A stretch of 64,000 nt of DNA from an uncultured Bacillota bacterium (GTDB taxonomy: Bacteria > Bacillota > Clostridia > Christensenellales > UBA1242): assembly GCA_949292985.1 (NCBI GenBank), contig CASFBF010000008.1, positions 3,400-67,399 of the forward strand, given 5' to 3'. The position numbers and the translations under genes were made by a program. Below, one piece after another: positions 57,434-64,000 of the stretch; the stretch's first letter is position 1, and the number at the start of each line of letters is the position of its first letter. The notes beneath the pieces were generated by a model. That model had not been told where the DNA came from and searched no databases. It saw only the letters and a list, made by a program, of their open reading frames with translations.

Positions 57434-59263
57434 ATGAAATTAAAAATTGAAATTTTAGAGAATTATAAATCATATAAAAAAGATACTCATTACGATTTGG
57501 AAGGAAATTTAATTTTATTATCTGGGATAAACGGCAGTGGTAAAAGTCAATTACTTAATATAATAGCTAATAGTACTACTGAAAAAATTACACGAAATAT
57601 ATATCAAGATATTGATGGCGAAACTAAATTAAGAAATATTAATAATATAATGTTGTTATCTTTTAGAGACAACATTAATATTGAAAGAAATTTTGGTGAA
57701 TATTCGGTCAGTTTAAAACAAAGCAATCTTGAAATGGCATGGAATTTTTATAAAAATAACATATTATGTGATACTCAATCTATTTATCAAAACAATAAAA
57801 AGAAAGAAAATTTTAAAAATAATAAACTTATTCTAACAGATAATGGAGCCAAAAATCCCTCTTGGAGATCAATAAATCAAATTATAGAACTTTTAAAAAA
57901 ACACTATTATTCAGAAGAAAAGTTGTTTCATTTAACATATGATGAATTTAAGGATATTATTCCATTAAATTTTATTTGGCGGAACGAAAACGATATTATA
58001 CGCCAAATTGGAAATATTTTTTATATTGCTTGCTGTAATAGAGCAGATGAACAAATAGAATGTTCCAAAACTACTAAAATTTTTAATAATACAGAATGGT
58101 TAAAAACCGCCCCATGGACTATTTTAAATAATCTTTTTAAAAAGTTAGGATTTAAATATAAATTTAAAGACGATTATGTTTTTCATACCCCAAATATAGA
58201 AGAAAATCCAAGACTTAGGATAAATAATGATATTAGACTATTATCTGATTTAAGTGACGGGGAAAAAGCAATATTAAAATTAGCTCTTATTTCTTTAGAT
58301 GAACAAATTAGTAATGACCTAAATTTAGTTTTATTTGATGAATATGATGCACCATTAAATCCGTCCCTAACAGATGCTTTTTATCATGTTATAGAAGAAT
58401 TTTATATTAAGAAAGGAATTCAAGTTATTATAACTACGCATTCTCCAGCAACTATATCTTTAGCTCCTTCATATACAAAGTTTTATGAAATGTTTAACCA
58501 AGGAAACAGTTCTCCCAAAATCATACAAGTAAATCAGTTTGATTATGCTGAATTAAAAGAAGCAAATAAATCTTTTTACGAAAAAATTAAAAACCAAGAA
58601 GAAAGAATTGGTATTTTAGAAAATCATCTTAGACAATCAGGAAATGCTCTTCTTGTAGAAGACGAATATTGTCAAATATATAAAATAGCTTATTTAAAAT
58701 TAAAAGGCATTGAAGAATTAACAGAATATAACTTAGAACAAAAGTTTTCAGAGAATGCAAATTTTTCAATAAATGGAAATTATGCTACTGGTGGGTTATA
58801 TCATTATTTAAATTGTCAAAATACAACACTTGATAATCAATGTAAAAGAATTTGTCTTTTTGATTTTGATCAAGCAGGATATCAAACATTTAAAAAAGTT
58901 AAAGATTTAAAAATTCAATCTCAAAAAATATATGATTTGATTTCAGAAAATATTTCAAGTGGACTATGTCTAAAACACAAAAGTTGTGATAGATACGCCT
59001 TGATGATTCCAATTCCCAACAGGTTATTAAAATTTGTAAGTAAAAAATCAAGCGCAGACTGTTTTATAGAGATAGAAAGCCTTTTATCCGAGACATATTT
59101 GAAAACAAATAACAAAGCAGAAGTGCGCAGTGAAGCATTACCATTTTATAAATTAAAAGATAATCACAAAAAGGATTTATGGAAAGATTTATTAACTGAG
59201 AATAAAGACATTTTTAAAGATTTTGAACCACTTTTTACAACTATAGACTCTATATTTGCATAA
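57434..59263 (+). CDS. ABC-type ATPase fused to a TOPRIM-like C-terminal domain (OLD-family / fused PARIS-like candidate defence nuclease)
   Basis: Walker A GINGSGKS (aa 31-38), signature LSDGEK, Walker B LVLFDEYD, H-loop ITTHSP. The C-terminal ~190 aa has LLVEDE, CLFDFDQAG and IEIES acidic motifs. Start moved from the TTG at 57377 to the ATG at 57434. Confidence 0.75.
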   Translation: MKLKIEILENYKSYKKDTHYDLEGNLILLSGINGSGKSQLLNIIANSTTEKITRNIYQDIDGETKLRNINNIMLLSFRDNINIERNFGEYSVSLKQSNLEMAWNFYKNNILCDTQSIYQNNKKKENFKNNKLILTDNGAKNPSWRSINQIIELLKKHYYSEEKLFHLTYDEFKDIIPLNFIWRNENDIIRQIGNIFYIACCNRADEQIECSKTTKIFNNTEWLKTAPWTILNNLFKKLGFKYKFKDDYVFHTPNIEENPRLRINNDIRLLSDLSDGEKAILKLALISLDEQISNDLNLVLFDEYDAPLNPSLTDAFYHVIEEFYIKKGIQVIITTHSPATISLAPSYTKFYEMFNQGNSSPKIIQVNQFDYAELKEANKSFYEKIKNQEERIGILENHLRQSGNALLVEDEYCQIYKIAYLKLKGIEELTEYNLEQKFSENANFSINGNYATGGLYHYLNCQNTTLDNQCKRICLFDFDQAGYQTFKKVKDLKIQSQKIYDLISENISSGLCLKHKSCDRYALMIPIPNRLLKFVSKKSSADCFIEIESLLSETYLKTNNKAEVRSEALPFYKLKDNHKKDLWKDLLTENKDIFKDFEPLFTTIDSIFA

Positions 59264-59329
59264 AAATATATTTTATATCAACATATATATACAATCTTAA
59301 TCCATCTCATTCCAATATATACTTTTATG

Positions 59330-60922
59330 TTAGGATTGGATAACAAACTCTCCGCCAAACAATTGTCGTTTGAACTCAAACGGCAATTTTTTATTGTCTG
59401 CGTCTGAAATCTCAATTTCTTTCTTATAAATTGTCGTCCCATTATCACTATTTCCATTGTTATCATCATTATCATTTGGGCGACTATATATTTCTTCGGC
59501 TGGATTAAGACTTGTGTTGTAAACTATTGTAATTTTGTCATTGTAAAGTAACACTTTTAAAATAAAATTATTAAAGAACTCGTTTTTATCTGTTTTGTTA
59601 TCAAATTGCTTTCTTGCATATACTTTTAAAAAATTTACTATTTGCTCTTTTTCAAGTGGTTTTATTTGATGATTTTGTTCATATTCAACTTTATCTTCTA
59701 GTATTGCTTTTTCATTTTCAAGTTTCATAAGCCTTTCTTGTGTTGACGATGTTATTATTCCTTTTTCCATTGCATTTAGAATAGAGTCTATTGCTCTATT
59801 CTTTTCTTTTAATTCTTCTTGTAATTTAGTTAAAACTGCGTTGTTAGATAATTCGCTATTAAATCTATTCACAACAACTTCGGCAATACTATCAATTACA
59901 TTAGGCTCAAGAACATATTTCTTTGTTTTTTCAAAAACAAAATCTTCTATTGTGTTTTTTCTAACATTATGTTTATCGCATTTTGTAATTTTCTTTTTCT
60001 TGCCTGAACATTTGTAATATCTATGAACAACACCAGTTTTACTTGTTTCTGTTTCTGCTACCATAGGGTATCCACAATAGCCACAAAAGAGTTTGCCACT
60101 TAAAATATATACATCTTCATTTAAACTATCTTTTCTTTGTCTATGTTTATGATTATCCATAATTAAATTACACCTTTTAAATATACTTTCTTCAATTATT
60201 GGTGGGAATATATTTGTATAGACTTCATCGTCCATTTTGTATATTCCAATATACTTTTCATTTCTTATCATTTTAGCAATAATATTTAAACTAAACTTGT
60301 TCCCATATTTTGTTTTAAGTCCTTTATTATTTAGTTCATTTACAATTTCAATTGCTTTTTTGCCATTAGCATAATCTCTAAATATTTTCTTTACGATTTC
60401 ACTTTCAACTTCGTTGATGACATACTTTTTATTTACAACATCAAAACCATATAAAATATATCCACCAATATAGTTGCCTTTTATTAAACTTTCCTTAATG
60501 CCACGCTTAACTTTTTGTGAAAGCTCGGCAGAGTAATATTCTGCCATACCTTCCAAAACGCTTTTCATTAAAACACCACTAGCATCATCACTTATATTTT
60601 CTTTTGCAGATAGAACTCTGACACCATTCTTTTTTAACTTTGCTTTGTATGTAGCACTATCATATCTATTTCTTGCAAATCTATCTAATTGATAAACTAA
60701 AACAAAATCAAAATCACTTTTCTTGCTATCTTCAATCATTTGCTTAAATTGTGGTCGGTTATCTGTTGTTCCAGAAAGTGCTCGGTCAATATATTCATTA
60801 AGAATAACAAGACCATTTCTTTTTGCATATGCATAACATTCACGAAGTTGACCTTCGATAGATTGTTCAGTTTGATTATGCGAACTAAATCTCGCATATA
60901 TTACAGCTCGTTTTTTACTCAA
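59330..60922 (-). CDS. Large serine recombinase 2 (paralogue of recombinase 1)
   Basis: AVIYARFSSHNQTEQSIEGQ, LVYQLDRFARN, zinc ribbon CGYCGY..YYKC. Probable TTG start at 60922, 7 nt after an AAGGAG RBS. Confidence 0.88.
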   Translation of the reverse strand: MSKKRAVIYARFSSHNQTEQSIEGQLRECYAYAKRNGLVILNEYIDRALSGTTDNRPQFKQMIEDSKKSDFDFVLVYQLDRFARNRYDSATYKAKLKKNGVRVLSAKENISDDASGVLMKSVLEGMAEYYSAELSQKVKRGIKESLIKGNYIGGYILYGFDVVNKKYVINEVESEIVKKIFRDYANGKKAIEIVNELNNKGLKTKYGNKFSLNIIAKMIRNEKYIGIYKMDDEVYTNIFPPIIEESIFKRCNLIMDNHKHRQRKDSLNEDVYILSGKLFCGYCGYPMVAETETSKTGVVHRYYKCSGKKKKITKCDKHNVRKNTIEDFVFEKTKKYVLEPNVIDSIAEVVVNRFNSELSNNAVLTKLQEELKEKNRAIDSILNAMEKGIITSSTQERLMKLENEKAILEDKVEYEQNHQIKPLEKEQIVNFLKVYARKQFDNKTDKNEFFNNFILKVLLYNDKITIVYNTSLNPAEEIYSRPNDNDDNNGNSDNGTTIYKKEIEISDADNKKLPFEFKRQLFGGEFVIQS

Positions 60923-60935
60923 AATATTACTCCTT

Positions 60936-61136
60936 TTAATTAAACATCTCAAAAACTTGAATTTTTAAAACTCTTGTGATTTTAAAAAGTGTAGATATTT
61001 TAAAATTCTCACTTTTTGTCATTATTTTATTTAATGTGCTTTGACTAATTTTGCACATCTTACAAAATTTGCTTTTAGACAAGTTGTTTTCTTTTATAAA
61101 GTTTTCTATCAATTCAGTTTTAATTGTATTTTTCAT
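60936..61136 (-). CDS. Small HTH (XRE-like) regulator upstream of recombinase 2
   Basis: 66 aa, ..LSKSKFCKMCKISQSTLNKIM... AAGGAG RBS. Start at 61136. Confidence 0.7.
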   Translation of the reverse strand: MKNTIKTELIENFIKENNLSKSKFCKMCKISQSTLNKIMTKSENFKISTLFKITRVLKIQVFEMFN

Positions 61137-61148
61137 CCCATCTCCTTT

Positions 61149-61216
61149 TACCATTTGGTATATATATTATATATTTACCATTTGGTAAAAGTCAAGCATT
61201 TTATTACCATTTGGTA
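61149..61216. promoter_or_regulatory. Three identical operator sites between divergent HTH genes
   Basis: TACCATTTGGTA (inverted repeat TACCA-N2-TGGTA) at 61149-60, 61176-87 and 61205-16. Confidence 0.65.
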
Positions 61217-61242
61217 TATACTCCTATATAAGGAGTTTTTAT

Positions 61243-61446
61243 ATGAATAAGTTTGCAGAAAGATTAAAAGAATTACGAGAAGAAAAAAATCTTACTCAAT
61301 ATGAATTATCAAAACAAATAGGAATAAGCACTGCTTGTATCAATCGCTGGGAGAAAAATTTAAGAATTCCTAACATAGACAGTATTATTCTTCTTTGCAA
61401 GTTTTTTAATTGCTCTGCTGATTATTTAATAGGCTTGGAGGATTAA
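61243..61446 (+). CDS. XRE-family HTH regulator (Cro/CI-like)
   Basis: ERLKELREEKNLTQYELSKQIGISTACINRWEKN..P. AAGGAG RBS. Confidence 0.8.
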   Translation: MNKFAERLKELREEKNLTQYELSKQIGISTACINRWEKNLRIPNIDSIILLCKFFNCSADYLIGLED

Positions 61447-61447
61447 T

Positions 61448-62269
61448 ATGGAATTTAGTTTAATAAAAATAAATAATGATAGTTTAAATATCTTAAAAAA
61501 TTTATTTCAATTATACATTCATGATATATCAAAAGAACTTTCATGGAATGTCAATAACAATGGTTTATTCGAAGCATACTCTTTAGATGGTTGGTTTAAA
61601 GATAAAAATAATTTTGGATATATTATTTATGTTGATAATAATATTGCTGGATTTATTATGATTGATAAAGAATTTAAAGTTTTAGAAAATAAACCAGAAA
61701 ATTTAAATTTATCGGAAATTTTCATTTTAAATAACTTTAAAGAAAAAGGTTTAGCAAAAAATGTTGTTTTAAAAGTTTTTGATTTGCATAAAGCAAATTG
61801 GGAAATAAGACCCGTTCCCATGAGTAATTCTGCACATTTGTTTTGGGAAAAAGTATTTACAAAAAATTTTCCTTACAATGCAAAAAAATTTAATCAAGAA
61901 GGAAGAGAAGGAAGAAGATATCAACATTTTCCTATCGAAATGATTGGCTGGGAAGAAGCAACAGCAGACCTTATGTTTGTTGAACCAATCTTAAACTATT
62001 TAGGCGTTAAGGTTGACAAAGCAAAACTTCAAGAGAGATATTATGAAAGAGTGGCTGATTTTCTTGAAACAAATGGTTTTGCAGATGAAAACGGCTTAGA
62101 CAATGACAAAATCGCAGAAGCAATTATGAAAGGTTCAAAATTCTATAAACCTTTCAATGATGAGAAAAATCTTGTAACTGACCAAAAACTTGCACTTGAA
62201 ATTGCAGGTCAAATGGAAGGAAAAATTCCTCAAGAGGCATTAGATTTTGTTAAAGGATCTCAAAAATAA
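61448..62269 (+). CDS. GNAT-like acetyltransferase N-terminal domain fused to an unrelated C-terminal segment (possibly a chimeric read-through of the island junction)
   Basis: aa 1-150 fit a GNAT-like pattern (..IAGFIMID..ISEIFILNNFKEKGLAKN..FWEKV). Composition jumps from ~20% to ~36% GC at about nt 61925, inside the ORF. Confidence 0.55.
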   Translation: MEFSLIKINNDSLNILKNLFQLYIHDISKELSWNVNNNGLFEAYSLDGWFKDKNNFGYIIYVDNNIAGFIMIDKEFKVLENKPENLNLSEIFILNNFKEKGLAKNVVLKVFDLHKANWEIRPVPMSNSAHLFWEKVFTKNFPYNAKKFNQEGREGRRYQHFPIEMIGWEEATADLMFVEPILNYLGVKVDKAKLQERYYERVADFLETNGFADENGLDNDKIAEAIMKGSKFYKPFNDEKNLVTDQKLALEIAGQMEGKIPQEALDFVKGSQK

Positions 62270-62271
62270 CG

Positions 62272-62302
62272 AAAAAGCTTAACATTTTGTTAAGCTTTTT
62301 TT
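62272..62302 (+). terminator. Intrinsic terminator
   Basis: agcttaac-atttt-gttaagct stem plus T7. Confidence 0.7.
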
Positions 62303-62374
62303 GACAAAAAACTAAATTGTGACATTTTTTGTCTTTCGATTGCGATAAATTGATTATTATGTTAATATAAAAAT

Positions 62375-63367
62375 ATGTGGATTTTGTATACAGCTATTTA
62401 TGGTATTTTAATTGGATTTTTCACTGTTTTCAGAAAGAAAGCAACTGAAAAAACCAACATTTTGTTTGTGCTTGCGCTATCGAGCACTATTGGATTTTTG
62501 CTTATGTCGTGGAGCGGAGGCGAAGCTTTTCTTTTGTCTTGGCAAAACATCTTGTCCATTTTTGGAAAGTCTTTTATCATTGCTTTGGCTTGGGTTTTTG
62601 AACTTTTGGCACTTCGGAATTACCATATTTCATTTCTTCAACCAATTAGTGCAATAAAAATTATTGTAGCCTTTATCGCAAGTCTTTTGATTTTTAATGA
62701 ACCAGTGATTTGGTGGAAGTTTTTTGGCGTTGCAATCATTTTTGTTTCTCTTATCCTGCTTAATCAGTTTGATAAAAAGATGCTCAGAAAACAAAGTTTG
62801 CTTTTAAAGAAAAATAAGTATGCAAATGTGATTAAAAATCCAGTGAAATATCAAAAGTTTTATACAAAAGCAGATGATGGAAACTCGATATATCATTCTC
62901 GATCAATTTCAGCTCAACATGATTTCAGTAAAAGAAGAATTAAAGCGATTATATATTTTGTAATTTCCTGTCTTTTATCTGCAACATCAGCAATTTTGGA
63001 TAAAATTATCATAAGCAATGTTTCAACAAACCAAATGCAATTTTGGTTTATGCTTTTTGTGTCAGTTATAATTTGGTTGTTCTTTTTCGCTTTTTGCATC
63101 AAAGAAAAGAAAATGCTTGTTTGCAAATCAGATTGGAAAAATTGGGTGATGTATATTCTTCCAGTCTTGCTTATTGTTTCTGACAGATTTTTGTTTACTG
63201 CTCTATCTCAGCCAGACGTTCTAGTTTCAGGGGTGGAAATTATAAAGCAGCTTTCAACAGTTGTTGCGGTGATTTTTGGTGGACTTTTATACAAAGAGCC
63301 AAAATTGCCATTTAAGCTGATTTTTCTTGCTTTTATTTTGATTGGAATTGTTATTGCTATAATTTAA
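62375..63367 (+). CDS. EamA/DMT-superfamily transporter with a long central loop
   Basis: Two five-helix halves separated by a ~70-aa basic loop. 330 aa. Confidence 0.65.
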   Translation: MWILYTAIYGILIGFFTVFRKKATEKTNILFVLALSSTIGFLLMSWSGGEAFLLSWQNILSIFGKSFIIALAWVFELLALRNYHISFLQPISAIKIIVAFIASLLIFNEPVIWWKFFGVAIIFVSLILLNQFDKKMLRKQSLLLKKNKYANVIKNPVKYQKFYTKADDGNSIYHSRSISAQHDFSKRRIKAIIYFVISCLLSATSAILDKIIISNVSTNQMQFWFMLFVSVIIWLFFFAFCIKEKKMLVCKSDWKNWVMYILPVLLIVSDRFLFTALSQPDVLVSGVEIIKQLSTVVAVIFGGLLYKEPKLPFKLIFLAFILIGIVIAII

Positions 63368-63414
63368 ATTGACTTTTATTATAGATATAGTATAATGATT
63401 TAAAGAGGTGGAAA

Positions 63415-63891
63415 ATGTTTGACGATTTGAAAAATAAAATAGAAAAGGCTCGGCAAGAAAAGGTTGATAAAGAGCTTCTTAAAGCTGTTTATGATTATAT
63501 TGAAAATAAATTAAACGGAAACAACAACGATGCTGTTTCAAAAAGAATTGTAAAGGCAATTGCAAATGGTGCAAATGTCAACGCTATTGAAAATGATGTT
63601 GACGATGAAAGCATTTTGATGTATTTGTGTGAGCATGATGCCTTTGAAATCATATATTTGTTGGCGGAGAGTGGCAAACTTGATTTAGACCAAACTGATC
63701 GTTTGGGAAGAACGGCAAGCATGTATGCGGTGTTTTCAAAAGCACCAAACAGTCTAAGGGTTTTGAAACAGCTTGGCGCTGATTTCGGAAAGATAGACCA
63801 TTGCAACAAAAGTGTTTATGACTATTGTAAAAAAAGTATGAACGAAATAAGAAAAATCTTGGAAAAACAAGAAGAAAACCAGCAGGTGTAA
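63415..63891 (+). CDS. Ankyrin-repeat protein
   Basis: ..IANGANVNAIE..ESILMYLCEH..LLAESGKLDLDQTDRLGRTASMYAV..LKQLGADF.. ANK repeat pattern. GGTGG RBS. Confidence 0.7.
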   Translation: MFDDLKNKIEKARQEKVDKELLKAVYDYIENKLNGNNNDAVSKRIVKAIANGANVNAIENDVDDESILMYLCEHDAFEIIYLLAESGKLDLDQTDRLGRTASMYAVFSKAPNSLRVLKQLGADFGKIDHCNKSVYDYCKKSMNEIRKILEKQEENQQV

Positions 63892-63901
63892 AAAGTAGTT
63901 T

Positions 63902-64000
63902 ATGGCTGAATTTATTATTTCTCAAGTTATGGGTGGTATAGCCTTAATTCTCGTTGTGATATCTGTGTTTTTGAAAAACAAAACACATTTTTTTCTATTC
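63902..64000 (+). CDS. Membrane protein, N-terminal fragment (runs off the window end)
   Basis: ATG at 63902 and an open frame to the end: MAEFIISQVMGGIALILVVISVFLKNKTHFFLF. Resembles YgjV-type N-termini. No strong RBS. Confidence 0.3.
   Translation, partial: MAEFIISQVMGGIALILVVISVFLKNKTHFFLF

Larger units (their letters stand above)
50886..61927. mobile_element. About 11-kb AT-rich integrated island with two large serine recombinases and defence cargo; probably two tandem elements
   Basis: Starts directly after the tRNA-Ser terminator. GC falls well below that of the flanks. Contains two LSR genes, an R-M operon, an ATPase-TOPRIM gene and an HTH switch. The right edge is set at a composition jump and the 10-bp repeat ATATCAACAT (59275-84 / 61918-27). 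The left edge is accurate to about 20 bp. Confidence 0.6.
59275..61927. mobile_element. Candidate minimal (about 2.6 kb) serine-recombinase element: recombinase 2 + HTH switch + GNAT
   Basis: Bounded by the direct repeat ATATCAACAT (59275-84 and 61918-27). The recombinase 3' flank resembles that of recombinase 1 (TATATAT[A/T]CAAT). GC rises right after 61927. Confidence 0.4.

Noticed and set aside
57434-59263. Calling the ATPase-TOPRIM gene Gabija (GajA)
   Set aside because: No UvrD-like GajB gene is adjacent, and the gene is monocistronic between terminators. It is kept as a generic OLD/PARIS-like candidate.
50886-61927. Prophage interpretation of the island
   Set aside because: There are no capsid, tail, terminase, portal, lysis or replication genes. 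Only recombinases, regulators and defence-type cargo are present, so it is treated as integrative element(s).

Overview
Low-GC (about one third by eye) Bacillota-like chromosome segment, from an anaerobe with sporulation-type genes, centred on the replication origin. Standard genetic code (TGA is used as a stop). Left arm (1-29.2 kb, almost all minus strand): dtd, an HD hydrolase, gltX, dnaB, typA, a 3,732-aa lipoprotein adhesin, an RluA-type pseudouridine synthase, yabP/yabQ, tRNA-Asn preceded by an odd tRNA-derived structure, a T-box-controlled aspS-asnS-(MATE/HAD fusion) operon, and recF. Origin: dnaA, a DnaA-box/AT-rich spacer, then dnaN. These are followed co-directionally by rpmH-rnpA-yidD-yidC-jag-mnmE-mnmG-rsmG-parA-parB and two perfect parS sites, so the dnaA-dnaN block is inverted relative to the Bacillus layout. 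Next come rubrerythrin, a class III RNR locus with NrdR boxes (NrdD fused to a glutaredoxin-like domain, a TrxB-like reductase, NrdG), dut and tRNA-Ser(GCT). From just after tRNA-Ser to about 61.93 kb lies a roughly 11-kb, very AT-rich island. It carries two paralogous large serine recombinases, a controller-HTH/m5C-MTase/m6A-MTase/HNH-endonuclease operon (type IIS-like R-M), a monocistronic ABC-ATPase-TOPRIM candidate defence gene (OLD/PARIS-like), and a CI/Cro-like divergent HTH switch with three identical operators. No rRNA, CRISPR array or transposase was seen. Most noteworthy are the island and its stand-alone ATPase-TOPRIM gene, the tRNA-Asn 5'-half mimic with a C-rich hairpin upstream of tRNA-Asn, and a 79-nt fully Watson-Crick four-way-junction element next to dut. 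All functional calls come from motif recognition by eye; no database search was possible.
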